DNA from: a virus
Lineage: Duplodnaviria; Caudoviricetes
Virus record (IMG/VR): IMGVR_UViG_3300028171_000090
Location: 64,001-128,000 of that record
Length of the DNA: 64,000 bases
Reading direction: 5' to 3' (one strand)
In this document: positions 8,872-19,278 of the stretch, piece after piece
Layout: each line of letters starts with the position of its first letter
Position numbering within the stretch: the first letter of the stretch is position 1
Notes under the pieces: model-generated
Databases searched by the model: none
Told to the model about the DNA's origin: nothing
The model's input: only the letters and a program-made list of their open reading frames with translations
Position numbers and translations under genes: made by a program

Positions 8872-9489
8872 ATGAAAACATCAAATGCAAAAAGATATCA
8901 TGTTACTGTAGAGGAGCATGAATCATACGATGATACACATATACTACGTGCGGCTCAAGATGTATTAATGGATGATAGACTAATACTAGAAATGAAGGAT
9001 AGATATATAAATACCTTACAGGATAAAGAGTCTACCAATGAACGTCAGATAGAAATAGTATGTATGCAATATCTTATGGACAATTACGTTCAATTTAAAT
9101 CTATGCCTGTAGAGGAAGCATTAACTACTATTAAGGAAGAAAAATTACCAAAACTATGGATGAGAGAATTTTTAGAATTACAAAATAAATCAATACTTAA
9201 CCAAACACCGTTTCTAGATACAATCAATGAATTTATTGATTTAATTGACGGTAAGGTTGTAAGTGATGTATTTAGATATAGAGTTGATTTATATACGGAT
9301 GCTGATGTGGTAGCTCGAATGACAGAGTTATCTAAGATTCATTATCTATATGTCATGGTTGAAACTGAGCATGAGGATGGCACAAAGACTATACTACATT
9401 ACGATAATGGCTCAATTTATAATCATGAAGTTGTACAGCATTCGGTTAGAATGAGAGATTTATTTACTATTATTAAGGGAGAGAAATAA
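8872..9489 (+). CDS. family B paralogue
   Basis: QYLMDNY, DVV.RM..LS and Y.NG.(I/V)Y shared with 8245. Confidence 0.75.
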   Translation: MKTSNAKRYHVTVEEHESYDDTHILRAAQDVLMDDRLILEMKDRYINTLQDKESTNERQIEIVCMQYLMDNYVQFKSMPVEEALTTIKEEKLPKLWMREFLELQNKSILNQTPFLDTINEFIDLIDGKVVSDVFRYRVDLYTDADVVARMTELSKIHYLYVMVETEHEDGTKTILHYDNGSIYNHEVVQHSVRMRDLFTIIKGEK

Positions 9490-9490
9490 A

Positions 9491-10129
9491 ATGACAAGAT
9501 TAATGATTCAAGATATTTTCGAAAGTAAGATTATTATAACAGGAGATTCAAAAGAGCAGTTACAGCAGGCTAAAGAAGAAATAGCCGGATTTGCAGGCTC
9601 ACGTGAATTGGATGAACTATTACTTACTAATTTACGTAATAGGATTGTTAGAAAGACAAATAAAGGATACCCTATTTCAGATATACGTGATCTTGCAGTT
9701 GCAACACATTATATCACATCACGTTATCGATTATTCTATGAAATAGAGAACGTTGACTTAGCTATTAAGATGGCTACCCATATGATAAATATTGCAGATG
9801 AAGAAGAGAGTATGATTCATATTGATAGAATGAGACCACGCTTTGATCCAGTACGATTTGTACATAAATTAGATACTGTACTGGAATTACTGGAAGGCAA
9901 AGTTGTCGATACTGAAGCAGGTTGTATTATTATTGATACCTATACTGCACAAGATATGTCATCTGCTGTAAAAAATATATCGGCACAATACCCTGATTTA
10001 GAATGTAAAATAAATTGGGTTGAAGGTAACATTGGTAAATTTACAAAATGGTTTAAAGGTGGAGAAGAGTTTACGCCTAAGTTGGTAAAACTTGTTCCAT
10101 CAAAAGAAAGACGTGCAAACTTTAAATAA
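9491..10129 (+). CDS. family B paralogue
   Basis: IIITGDSKEQL N-terminus; ISAQYPDLECKI...FKGG C-terminus. Confidence 0.7.
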   Translation: MTRLMIQDIFESKIIITGDSKEQLQQAKEEIAGFAGSRELDELLLTNLRNRIVRKTNKGYPISDIRDLAVATHYITSRYRLFYEIENVDLAIKMATHMINIADEEESMIHIDRMRPRFDPVRFVHKLDTVLELLEGKVVDTEAGCIIIDTYTAQDMSSAVKNISAQYPDLECKINWVEGNIGKFTKWFKGGEEFTPKLVKLVPSKERRANFK

Positions 10130-10158
10130 AAGACTAGGACTTCCTAGTCTTCTTTTTT
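10130..10158 (+). terminator. intrinsic terminator
   Basis: AAGACTAGG-ACTT-CCTAGTCTT then T-tract. Confidence 0.8.
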
Positions 10159-10177
10159 GACGAATTAATAATACTAA

Positions 10178-10189
10178 AACAAGTAATTA
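10178..10189 (+). promoter_or_regulatory. putative late promoter
   Basis: AACA-AGTAAT-TA. Confidence 0.5.
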
Positions 10190-10215
10190 TAAAAGATAAT
10201 AAGGGAGAGAGTATA

Positions 10216-10839
10216 ATGACAATCACTAACATTTACTTTGACACAGAATTTACAGGATTACATATGGGGACTACACTTATTTCAATTGGATTGATTGCTG
10301 AGAATGGCAGTCAATTCTATGCTGAATTAACTGATTATGATTATTCTCAAATTGATGAATGGTTAGAGAAGAATGTAATCCAGAACTTATTATTACAGAA
10401 CTTAAACGATGGACAAACAATCAAGAAAGCATCAGGAGTTGTAGCTAAAGGGGATAAGCTACACGTACGTAAAGAACTATGTTCCTGGTTAAGTGATATG
10501 TCTGGAGAAATCCAATTCGTATCAGATGTATCCCATTTTGATTTCGCACTATTACTAGATTTACTATCTGATAATATCTTTGATATTCCAGACCGTATTA
10601 GTAAAACATGTGTAGACTTAAATGAGATTATTGCAGAGTACATGGGGATTAGTCCGAAGGAAGCATTTGATAAATGTAGAGAGGACTTACTTACTTTTGC
10701 AATTGAAGGATTCTCAGAAGATAACAAACATAACGCTCTATATGATGCATTAGTAATCAAAGCGATTTATGAAACTCGTCCGATTACTTGTATGCGTTCT
10801 AGTGATTATGAAGCAATGCTGAAGAAGGTTGGAAAATAA
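10216..10839 (+). CDS. DEDDh 3'-5' exonuclease (RNase AS/Rv2179c-like)
   Basis: YFDTEFTGL, LISIGLI, FYAE, FD, HNALYDA. Confidence 0.88.
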   Translation: MTITNIYFDTEFTGLHMGTTLISIGLIAENGSQFYAELTDYDYSQIDEWLEKNVIQNLLLQNLNDGQTIKKASGVVAKGDKLHVRKELCSWLSDMSGEIQFVSDVSHFDFALLLDLLSDNIFDIPDRISKTCVDLNEIIAEYMGISPKEAFDKCREDLLTFAIEGFSEDNKHNALYDALVIKAIYETRPITCMRSSDYEAMLKKVGK

Positions 10840-10859
10840 TAACATTTTACAATCAATCT

Positions 10860-10871
10860 AACAATTTATTG
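10860..10871 (+). promoter_or_regulatory. putative late promoter with 5' hairpin
   Basis: AACA-ATTTAT-TG then AGCGAA-AGGA-TTCGCT. Confidence 0.5.
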
Positions 10872-10931
10872 AGCGAAAGGATTCGCTGACTAGAAATATA
10901 AAAAATATAACTATCAAGGGAGAGATTTATT

Positions 10932-12029
10932 ATGCTACGCATTATTAACTTTGGAAAGAAAACATTCAAACAAAAAGGTTGGGACTACGATAAAAACAAT
11001 CCTAAGTTCCCAGCATTCTGGACAGCGAATCATACAATTGGGGAAGACAAAAAAGAAGTGGTTAAAAACACATTTGTCTCAGTCGGTACAGCAGCTAAGG
11101 AAGCATTTCCAAATGGAGCTTTCAATTATACTAAGCTGAAGGTTGTATTCAATAAGCAAGGACGTCCAGTTATCGGTATTAAAAAGGATAATGAAAAAGA
11201 TGACAATACATATGCGTTAATCAGTTTCTATACTGATGTAAACGAACGCATCATGGACATCCGTACGGATTCCGATATCGATGTTTATTTCTACGGTATC
11301 TTTAGTCATGATACTAAAGAAGGAAATCGCAATAATAAATATCGTAAACAATTCATTGCAATTGTAAATATGAAAACGAATCCAAATAATAAAATTGAAG
11401 TTATTACTGAAGATATGAAGAAAAAGCAGCAGTTCTCTCATGTAGTAACAGCAGGTAGTGAACCGAAGGTTACTCGTTTAAAAGAGAAACTAGAAGATAC
11501 TGCAAAAGCATTATTTACATTAACAAAAGCTGACGGTACAAAAGTAAAACCGGCATTACCAAAGCCTAAGAAAGTAAAAGCGGCTTCTAGATATGGTAAA
11601 GCTAATGGTAAACGACCAGTAGATAAGAAACCATTTGGTAAACCGGCAGCAAAACCAACACCTCGTGACGGCAAATGGCGTACAGGACAAGGTCAAGGTA
11701 AACCATTCGTTAAACGTGATGGAGCTAAATCAACTGAATCTCGCCACCCTCAAAACAAAGGTGTGCGAGTAAACAATAAACAAAAGAATCCAGGAACTGG
11801 ATTTAACATTGCAATTACAAACAAACAAAACTTTGGTAAAGTGTTAGATCACTTCAAAGGTAAAGTAACAGTTATTGCAGTAGACGCTGCGAAGAAAACA
11901 ATCAAAGGTGCACATCCAAATACAAACATCTTTATCGATGAGACTATTTCAATGGATAAGTTTCTACCTGTTCTCGAACAACTAAATAGAACAGATATGA
12001 CTAGCATCAAGATGATTAAGTTAGTATAA
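10932..12029 (+). CDS. basic hypothetical protein with a long K/R/G/P-rich linker
   Basis: 365 aa; low-complexity basic region around aa 200-290. Confidence 0.85.
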   Translation: MLRIINFGKKTFKQKGWDYDKNNPKFPAFWTANHTIGEDKKEVVKNTFVSVGTAAKEAFPNGAFNYTKLKVVFNKQGRPVIGIKKDNEKDDNTYALISFYTDVNERIMDIRTDSDIDVYFYGIFSHDTKEGNRNNKYRKQFIAIVNMKTNPNNKIEVITEDMKKKQQFSHVVTAGSEPKVTRLKEKLEDTAKALFTLTKADGTKVKPALPKPKKVKAASRYGKANGKRPVDKKPFGKPAAKPTPRDGKWRTGQGQGKPFVKRDGAKSTESRHPQNKGVRVNNKQKNPGTGFNIAITNKQNFGKVLDHFKGKVTVIAVDAAKKTIKGAHPNTNIFIDETISMDKFLPVLEQLNRTDMTSIKMIKLV

Positions 12030-12093
12030 TCTGTGAAGCTAGGCACTCATGTGTCTAGCTTTATATTATTTTTTCTTAGGAGGAAAAGAGGAT

Positions 12094-13380
12094 ATGCAAT
12101 TATATAACACAGCTGGTCAAAGTAAACTAGCAGACATGTTTCGAGCAGAAACTCGTAAATCAAAAGACCCTAGTATGTCATCTGAAGTAGATGTAGCTAT
12201 TGGGTATCCTACAACATTCTTACCATTAGATTTTAAGAATGGTATGTACAACACGATTGACAACATAGTAGATGGCGGTTCTTATCAGAACCAATGTTTA
12301 GGGATTGGTGACGGTACAATTGTAATGTGTATCGGTAAAGCAGGTACAGCTAAAACAACGTTCGCTGTACAAGCAGCTACTTCGATTGTAGCACCATATC
12401 CTAACTCCGTAATTATACATGAAGACTTAGAACGTGGTTCTTCTAAATCACGTATTCAGAACGTATCTGGTTGGACACCAGCTATGGTTCAGCATCGTTA
12501 CATCTTACGACAACAAGGGATTACAGCAGAGAGCTTCTATGAGCGTGTTAAAATCCACTGTAATCAGAAGATGGAAGCGGCAGCGAAAATGCCTGAAGAG
12601 TTTACATACTTTACAGGATTATTTAATTCATACGGTAAACCGATTTATAAAATTATCCCTTCAGTAATTATTTTGGATTCACTTCCATTATTAATGCCGA
12701 AGGACTTAACGGAAGAAGAGAAGTTAGCAGGACAAATGAGTACAACTTCTCAAGCAAAAACAAATGCTCGTATCTTCCGTACGATTGCGCCTGACTTAGC
12801 AAAAGCAAACGTAATCTTATTTGTGGTTAACCACATCAACCAAAACGTAAATATTTCTAATATGCCTAAAGCAGCACAAATCAACTACCTGAAACAAGAT
12901 GAAACATTACCAGGTGGTCACATGGCATTATACTTATCAAATAACATCATCAAGTTCACTACAAGCACGAAGTTAACTGATGAGAAAGAGTTCGGTATTA
13001 ACGGATTCTACAGTAAAGTACAGCTAGTTAAATCACGTACAAACCGTGCAGGTCAAGAAGTTAAGATGGTCTACAACCAAGATTATGGATTCGACCGGAT
13101 GCTTACAAACTTCGTGACTCTGAAAGAGGCGGGAGCAATACGTGGTTCTGGTTGGTATTACTTCGATGGCTTAGAACATATGAAGTTCCAACAGAAAGGC
13201 TTCCTGAAGAAGTTCTACGAAGAACCAATCATGAGAGAAGCAATGAGAGATTTAAGCTTAGAGGTATTCAATACATATATTCCGAAACATGATTTAGGTT
13301 CTTCTACAGACATGTCAGTGGATGATGTAATGGCGAATATCGTATCAGCGTACAACGATCCAAGTGAGTTCGCTGCATAA
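12094..13380 (+). CDS. uvsX: UvsX/RecA-like recombinase
   Basis: GKAGTAKTT Walker A, HEDLERG, IILDSLP Walker B, LFVVNHI, LVKSRTN; start at 12094 with SD GGAGG. Confidence 0.88.
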   Translation: MQLYNTAGQSKLADMFRAETRKSKDPSMSSEVDVAIGYPTTFLPLDFKNGMYNTIDNIVDGGSYQNQCLGIGDGTIVMCIGKAGTAKTTFAVQAATSIVAPYPNSVIIHEDLERGSSKSRIQNVSGWTPAMVQHRYILRQQGITAESFYERVKIHCNQKMEAAAKMPEEFTYFTGLFNSYGKPIYKIIPSVIILDSLPLLMPKDLTEEEKLAGQMSTTSQAKTNARIFRTIAPDLAKANVILFVVNHINQNVNISNMPKAAQINYLKQDETLPGGHMALYLSNNIIKFTTSTKLTDEKEFGINGFYSKVQLVKSRTNRAGQEVKMVYNQDYGFDRMLTNFVTLKEAGAIRGSGWYYFDGLEHMKFQQKGFLKKFYEEPIMREAMRDLSLEVFNTYIPKHDLGSSTDMSVDDVMANIVSAYNDPSEFAA

Positions 13381-13385
13381 TACCT

Positions 13386-13420
13386 GTGGGTGACTTAATT
13401 GTCACCCGCTTTTATTTTTT
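13386..13420 (+). terminator. intrinsic terminator
   Basis: GTGGGTGAC-TTAATT-GTCACCCGC then T-tract. Confidence 0.8.
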
Positions 13421-13444
13421 ACTAAAAAGAAAGAAGGTGTCTCT

Positions 13445-13750
13445 ATGTTTTATCATACAAAACTAAAGATAGCAAAATTTATATGGAAGCACAAGATGGA
13501 GCGTTCTGCGATTTCAGCTATGATAAAGTTACAGGATAAACATGGAGGTTTAATCAGACCTACAGTTTATAAGCAAGTACAAAATCAATATAGATCAATA
13601 TTTACTTTAGTACGTCATCAAATGTTGACAGATGAGATAAAGAAAATGTCTATAAATGAAATAATAAAATCATTTCCAATGCAACCAAATGATTATCATA
13701 ACTTTATTATGAGAGATTATGATAAACGCATGGAACTATTTAAGCAATAA
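13445..13750 (+). CDS. hypothetical protein
   Basis: 101-aa ORF with SD-like AAGGTG. Confidence 0.65.
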   Translation: MFYHTKLKIAKFIWKHKMERSAISAMIKLQDKHGGLIRPTVYKQVQNQYRSIFTLVRHQMLTDEIKKMSINEIIKSFPMQPNDYHNFIMRDYDKRMELFKQ

Positions 13751-13797
13751 GGGATATTCCCTTATTGTCTTTTATTAAGTCAAAGGGAGAGTTGGCT

Positions 13798-14424
13798 ATG
13801 AAATTAGACCCAAATACATTAAACTATTCTCAACGAGAAGCTTTTGATCAGTTATTACACCTCTGCTGGTATCACAAACCTAGCATGTTTACTACAGGTA
13901 AAACACGTGCAAGCAATGTTACTTCTTTAGCATATTATCTACATAACCATAGTAAGGGTAGACTAAGCTGGGAAGCAGCATGTGAAGTTGCAGAGGTTTG
14001 GTTTAATATACAATTAGAAATACCAATACATGATTGGGGATTTGAAATATATACTGATAATAAATATGAATTTTTAAAAGCTTGTCAACCTAGTAGTGTT
14101 ATGAATAATAGAACTGGGTTAGAAAAGAGAACTGAAAACATAGTTTTAAAAGGATTACCTACACAACACTTTTACAATTCCTCTTGTCAGGAAATGCCTG
14201 ATAAAGAGCCTAAACTAATTGTGGTATTAGAAAAAATAGAGATAAATGAATTAATATATGAGAGAGAGAAGGAGAATTATTATGTGGACAGCAGGAAAGA
14301 ATATCTTATGTATGACCATATGGCTTATCAGCCGAGACGTAACTGTCTCCGTCATGAGTACACAATACATATCTTTGAAGGATGTAGAGATAGATATGAG
14401 CTATTCCAAGGGGAAGGGATTTGA
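13798..14424 (+). CDS. family A-related hypothetical protein (divergent)
   Basis: SD AAGGGAG; C-terminal YTIHIFEG; N-terminus resembles 14421. Confidence 0.7.
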   Translation: MKLDPNTLNYSQREAFDQLLHLCWYHKPSMFTTGKTRASNVTSLAYYLHNHSKGRLSWEAACEVAEVWFNIQLEIPIHDWGFEIYTDNKYEFLKACQPSSVMNNRTGLEKRTENIVLKGLPTQHFYNSSCQEMPDKEPKLIVVLEKIEINELIYEREKENYYVDSRKEYLMYDHMAYQPRRNCLRHEYTIHIFEGCRDRYELFQGEGI

Positions 14425-14963
14425 GTCATATGTTCGTATACGATGATCACATTCAACAATTTAACAAATTTCAGAAAGAGGCATTCTTACCTCTAATGCA
14501 TTATCTACCAGATATAACTTCCCGTAGATCGGAACAGACCACAGCTATTATAAATCAATGGGCATATACATTACATGGAAGATGTGAAGCATTTTTACCA
14601 ATGTATGACGCGCACTATATTGCTGAGCGTTTATATCCATTGACAATTAGTAATAGTATTAATATTGTACCGATATTAATGGATAGAAAGTTCATGTTAG
14701 AATCGGGTATTCCAGGTCCACGTTCAACAAATTTATCGGATAGAGTGGATACTTGGTGTATTTATGGTGGTAGTGTAGATTGTTTCTATAATGGGAATAT
14801 TCCAGAGAATGATAGAGGTCCTATTGCATTTATTACACGAGCATTTTCAAATGTTAATACAATAGAGTTTAGTCTTCCATATCCTGTCGGAAAATTGAAA
14901 CCGGTTGAGCATCGACGTCCGATGTATTTCTTATACATATACGTACCACCTAAAATGAAGTGA
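14421..14963 (+). CDS. family A paralogue
   Basis: C-terminal FLYIYVPP. Confidence 0.75.
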   Translation: MSHMFVYDDHIQQFNKFQKEAFLPLMHYLPDITSRRSEQTTAIINQWAYTLHGRCEAFLPMYDAHYIAERLYPLTISNSINIVPILMDRKFMLESGIPGPRSTNLSDRVDTWCIYGGSVDCFYNGNIPENDRGPIAFITRAFSNVNTIEFSLPYPVGKLKPVEHRRPMYFLYIYVPPKMK

Positions 14964-14979
14964 AAGGGAGAGTTTTATT

Positions 14980-15456
14980 ATGCGAGTAAGTCAGTTTATA
15001 CCATACGAAGTGTTCGATACCCCAGCGGGTATCGAGCCATTATATCATTATTTAGAATTAGGTAATCTAGGATTGTCTAAAAAGAAGATTAATAAGATTA
15101 TCAATGCTTTAGATGACAACTGGACAAAATGTGTTCATGTTGGTATACATATTGGAAAGCATGGTATTCCTACATTCGAAGAGATGTCAGGGTATGCTTA
15201 CAAAGAAGTTGTAAAGCATGACAACGAGTATATATGCGACATGAAGCGCATTCATGTTCTTCTAGGAACGTTTGGTATTGGTATCCGTGCATGTAGTCGA
15301 GATGAGATGGAGGAAATATGTTACGGAGATTATAGTAAGCCAATCGTTACAAAGTCTACCTTTACAGAGATACGTAAGAGTGGAAAGCGTAATATACCAA
15401 AGGTTATGACAAGTATAGCTTTCCATATTTATATCCCTGGACCAGAAACGGAATAA
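14980..15456 (+). CDS. family A paralogue
   Basis: CVHVGIH, VLLGTFGIG, FHIYIPG. Confidence 0.8.
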   Translation: MRVSQFIPYEVFDTPAGIEPLYHYLELGNLGLSKKKINKIINALDDNWTKCVHVGIHIGKHGIPTFEEMSGYAYKEVVKHDNEYICDMKRIHVLLGTFGIGIRACSRDEMEEICYGDYSKPIVTKSTFTEIRKSGKRNIPKVMTSIAFHIYIPGPETE

Positions 15457-15471
15457 CGGTATTCTAAAACA

Positions 15472-15488
15472 TACATTATTTATATGAA
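15472..15488 (+). promoter_or_regulatory. putative early promoter
   Basis: TACATTATTTATATGAA. Confidence 0.5.
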
Positions 15489-15540
15489 TACAAGATAAAG
15501 TAAAAAGCTTTATCAATAATTTACTTGGAGGAATTATAAA

Positions 15541-16185
15541 ATGACAAGTTTAGACACAATCTTCAAACCGTATCGAAAGTGTGAAAGAATGAACAAACCG
15601 AAGCGTACTGACCTAACGGTCTTTACGATTAAAAACGCATTGCTTCAAGTATTACCGCGTAAACGCACATACTTCTTTGAAGGAAAGTATGATATGTTGG
15701 CGGGTAAAATTCATGCTCAAATCCAATCATTAGGAAAAACCATTGATGGATTCTACCTATATTATGGTACAGATGAGCATAATGATTTTGAGACTTATGG
15801 TATGGATGATATTCACCTATCTAGTAGAAGACCTGGGATGGATATCGCTGACACTGATTATGAAATGTTAAAAACAGTTATTATAGATGATGGTGATGTG
15901 CCTAGCCATCTACCTAAGCCGAAACTAGGTATGATGATGGCAGTAAATGTTGAGGAGCATTTTGCAAATGGACCGACTCGTAATCTTATCCCAGATTCAT
16001 TCCATTATGTATCACCAGTATGGGATAATACATTCTTTATGGTAACATTGTCTCACTATCGTCATTCTTCTTCTATCATGGAGCCTGATGGTGTGAAGGA
16101 TAAAGAATTTACTGCAAACTTTGTTCACATCTATGTTCCGAACGTGATGGCATCAGAATTAACACTGGATGGTGAATGGGAATGA
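15541..16185 (+). CDS. family A paralogue
   Basis: GFYLYYG, VHIYVPN. Confidence 0.8.
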   Translation: MTSLDTIFKPYRKCERMNKPKRTDLTVFTIKNALLQVLPRKRTYFFEGKYDMLAGKIHAQIQSLGKTIDGFYLYYGTDEHNDFETYGMDDIHLSSRRPGMDIADTDYEMLKTVIIDDGDVPSHLPKPKLGMMMAVNVEEHFANGPTRNLIPDSFHYVSPVWDNTFFMVTLSHYRHSSSIMEPDGVKDKEFTANFVHIYVPNVMASELTLDGEWE

Positions 16186-16823
16186 AGAAGATAGTTGAAC
16201 TTAGAATATTAATAGAAGGCATCGTAGAAGAAGATAAAGGATTGAGAGCGGATATACATTCGCTCTCTTTAGATAATACATTATTGGTTCAATTCCATAA
16301 TAGAATTGTGGATAGTATTAACTCTAAATACATTTGGGATAAACTATCAATCATGGCACAGTATGTAATGGACCATTATGAACAGTTTGAATCATATGAT
16401 ATCGATATGGTCATGGCGAGAGCTGATGATATCATAGAAGCATTGAAAAAGGAAGACTCTAAACAATATGACAAATATAATAAATTTGACCCAATATTGA
16501 TAGCAGGTCAATTGCGAGCTGGCATACGAGTATTGGAAGGTGAGCGTATTATCTTTAATGATAACATGCATCAATATAGTATTTATATTGATAAAGATTA
16601 TGATAAATTAGAAAGTACAAGAAAGAAGCTAGAAGAGATTTCTAAATCATATCCGTATTGTACATTCTCTTTACAGACTCTTACGAATGATGGCATGGAT
16701 GTAATGGAAATCCAAGACGGGGAAACTAGATTCGGTAACGTTGATCATAATGTATTTAAAGGCGATTATAAACTAACAGATATAAATGTAAAAAAATTAA
16801 CGGAAGAGGGATGGCTAAGATGA
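16176..16823 (+). CDS. family B paralogue
   Basis: AQYVMDHY, KFDP, LEG, LEEISKSYPYCTF...IQDG. Confidence 0.75.
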   Translation: MGMKKIVELRILIEGIVEEDKGLRADIHSLSLDNTLLVQFHNRIVDSINSKYIWDKLSIMAQYVMDHYEQFESYDIDMVMARADDIIEALKKEDSKQYDKYNKFDPILIAGQLRAGIRVLEGERIIFNDNMHQYSIYIDKDYDKLESTRKKLEEISKSYPYCTFSLQTLTNDGMDVMEIQDGETRFGNVDHNVFKGDYKLTDINVKKLTEEGWLR

Positions 16824-17335
16824 AAGGATTCTTTGTAACGGAGAAAATGAAGGAATTGTTCTTTGGAGGAATGCAGGAGTTGGTTGAGCCTACAGCTTTA
16901 GCAACAATTGATTCAGTAGCAACGCAAGAGTTAGAGAAAGATAAAACGATTAAAGAAATTACATTTTACTTTGGAGAAAAGGATTTAGATGATTTTAAGA
17001 ATACAGCTTGCTATACAAAAACAATGATGTCTACTATTCATGAAGGTGAGAATATCAAAATAGCAACACATAGCACAACTTGTAATGTATTGATCGGTCT
17101 TATTACAACAGGGGTACACCGAGAAACATCTACGATTATTAAGAAGCTATCAGGTGGCATCGATACAGAGAACTATCATAAATATGTATCATGTGAAATG
17201 GCTGACCAATTGGTTACAGTTATTAAGAATAATAAAGTAAATAAAACGGAAGATGGAGATAGAACACATACGGATGACCTAGGTACTGTACTAAGTATCT
17301 ATGTTCCTCAAGCGTATGTGATTGGAGAAGAATAG
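16811..17335 (+). CDS. family A paralogue
   Basis: EITFYFG, VLIGLITTG, LSIYVPQ. Confidence 0.8.
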   Translation: MAKMKGFFVTEKMKELFFGGMQELVEPTALATIDSVATQELEKDKTIKEITFYFGEKDLDDFKNTACYTKTMMSTIHEGENIKIATHSTTCNVLIGLITTGVHRETSTIIKKLSGGIDTENYHKYVSCEMADQLVTVIKNNKVNKTEDGDRTHTDDLGTVLSIYVPQAYVIGEE

Positions 17336-17355
17336 GGAATCCCTATTCTTTTTTT
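17329..17355 (+). terminator. intrinsic terminator
   Basis: AGAATAGGG-AAT-CCCTATTCT then T-tract. Confidence 0.7.
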
Positions 17356-17417
17356 GTAATCATTTATGAATATCTGTACATCCATATAATAGAGAGAAAC
17401 CGGAGAGGGAGATATTC

Positions 17418-17957
17418 ATGACTGAAACAATAGAGATGAAACGATATGTACTACAACGCATCTTAACAAATAATATAAAAGAAATTAAGAAGGCGTTACA
17501 TAATCCAAAATTAGAAATACTAACATCAGAAGAATTATCTACCATCGTTAACGGTGCTTCATGTGAAGAATTAAATGAAGCGACTGTTATTTTTTATATT
17601 GGAAACGCTGATATTTATCGTTTCGAACATAGTGCTACATATAATGAAAATCAATTCGTATATAAGGACGTACCTGAAGTGAAAAAAACGGTAACGTCTG
17701 CAAAAGTAGTACGACCAGTACTGACCGACATGTCAGTTGGTTTTAAACGAAAACAAACAACTCATCGTACTCAGACTGGACAAATGCGTGACACGTCCAC
17801 TTCAGATAATTGCAAATCTGTATTCGATGTAAACAAGTTACATGTAATAGAAACATATGAAATGGATAAGACAGTCAAAGAACATCCGTCTTATCACTAT
17901 AAAGAAGATAGTAAAGTGTATCTTCATATTTACATTCCAGAGAGTAGAATCCGTTAA
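17418..17957 (+). CDS. family A paralogue
   Basis: VIFYIG, PVLTDMSVG, LHIYIPESRI. Confidence 0.85.
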   Translation: MTETIEMKRYVLQRILTNNIKEIKKALHNPKLEILTSEELSTIVNGASCEELNEATVIFYIGNADIYRFEHSATYNENQFVYKDVPEVKKTVTSAKVVRPVLTDMSVGFKRKQTTHRTQTGQMRDTSTSDNCKSVFDVNKLHVIETYEMDKTVKEHPSYHYKEDSKVYLHIYIPESRIR

Positions 17958-17979
17958 GGATTCTACTTTTCTTTTTTTT
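17943..17979 (+). terminator. intrinsic terminator
   Basis: AGTAGAATCC-GTTAA-GGATTCTACT then T-tract. Confidence 0.8.
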
Positions 17980-18002
17980 CGTAATAAAGATATAATTGAC
18001 TA

Positions 18003-18019
18003 TATATTATAATAGTGAG
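18003..18019 (+). promoter_or_regulatory. putative early promoter
   Basis: TATATTATAATAGTGAG. Confidence 0.7.
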
Positions 18020-18095
18020 CACCATAAAAAAAGGTTGAATGTTATCCATGAAACATTACCTACTCAATTAAAACTTGAGTAAGAAAAGGGGAACT

Positions 18096-18560
18096 ATGAA
18101 ATCGATTAAAGTATCACCTTCTCAAAACAAGCCATCGGAAGAACTCACTTCTGAAATGATGGTATTGTTAAAAGAACACATTTCCGCAGGAAAGCTTTCT
18201 AAAAAGAACTTTGAAGTTCTTAAAGTCGAGTTAGCGAAAGGTGACATTTCAGAATTACATGTATACGATAAATATATTGACGATTACAACCGTTTCTGTG
18301 GCGGTGCATGTACGACAGTTTATCGTCAAGATATGGGATATGTATGGATTCAACGAGTAAAAGTATTGACATCGGATATTATTATCGGTGCAAATGATGA
18401 CTACGATGATCCTTTTAGTGTAGGATTATTATCCCAGGTATCAGGTCGTTGCAAACAAAATCAATTTGCAGCAACTGTAACATACAACCATAAGATTCGA
18501 AAGGATCAGAGAGTTACAAAAATTGTTGTTATTAAATCACTTCATGTGTATTTAGGTTAG
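18096..18560 (+). CDS. family A paralogue
   Basis: ELHVYD, KVLTSDIIIG, LHVYLG; start moved to the ATG with SD AGGGG. Confidence 0.75.
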   Translation: MKSIKVSPSQNKPSEELTSEMMVLLKEHISAGKLSKKNFEVLKVELAKGDISELHVYDKYIDDYNRFCGGACTTVYRQDMGYVWIQRVKVLTSDIIIGANDDYDDPFSVGLLSQVSGRCKQNQFAATVTYNHKIRKDQRVTKIVVIKSLHVYLG

Positions 18561-18686
18561 TAACACCTAGGAGAAGGGTCCCCATACCCTCCCTCCTAGC
18601 TTACAATATAGATATAAAAACTATGGTCCGATATACCAGACAAATATCATTCATACAATTAAAGATTGTATGAGGAGGAGAAACTT

Positions 18687-19196
18687 ATGTTAAAAATCGA
18701 TACGAATTCAATTTTAAGAGTAACCGATGAAGTGGTACAAACTTCAGGGGAAGAGTATAAACAAGCATTTTTAAATCAAGGATTATTAAATAAAACTGAA
18801 GCAAATATGCTACATGGTATTTACACTAATCCACAAAATAAATTTACACATGTACGAGTGTACTTTGGAACAGTGCAAGGTGAGTTCTTTGCTTATGATG
18901 CATGCACAGCTAAATTCCATACTACACATCAAACATTTGCAAAACGAAATAAAACAGTTGAAGTAACTGTTCAATTTGGTACTGTGACTAAAGGGACTGA
19001 ATCTATTGACCGTACTGGCGCTAACTTAGAGAATTCCAATATGGTTCAAGCTGGATTCAAAGCTACAGATGTAACAGCAACAATTACTATCGAACGATTA
19101 CATGAAACGTTTGGACAGCAACGTGCTGCAATTGCATTACCTGTAACAACATTAAATATCTATATTCCGCAAGAACGTTTACAAGAAAATAAATAA
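18687..19196 (+). CDS. family A paralogue
   Basis: VRVYFG, VQFGTVTKG, LNIYIPQERL; SD GAGGAGG. Confidence 0.85.
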   Translation: MLKIDTNSILRVTDEVVQTSGEEYKQAFLNQGLLNKTEANMLHGIYTNPQNKFTHVRVYFGTVQGEFFAYDACTAKFHTTHQTFAKRNKTVEVTVQFGTVTKGTESIDRTGANLENSNMVQAGFKATDVTATITIERLHETFGQQRAAIALPVTTLNIYIPQERLQENK

Positions 19197-19204
19197 TAAA
19201 AACA

Positions 19205-19278
19205 TATAAAGGTTTGAGGGTTGTCCATAACAACCCTTACTATCTAATGAAAAATTAGATAGCTAAGAGGAGAAAACA
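19205..19278 (+). promoter_or_regulatory. structured 5' leader, copy 1 (CCAUA-loop hairpin + GAAAA-loop hairpin)
   Basis: AGGGTTGT-CCATA-ACAACCCT; CTATCTAAT-GAAAA-ATTAGATAG; then CTAAGAGGAG SD. Confidence 0.7.

Noticed and set aside
19205-19278. preQ1-I or other known riboswitch identity for the CCAUA leader
   Set aside because: Stem/loop layout and 3' tail do not match the preQ1-I consensus, and the downstream genes are not metabolic. An Rfam search is still needed.
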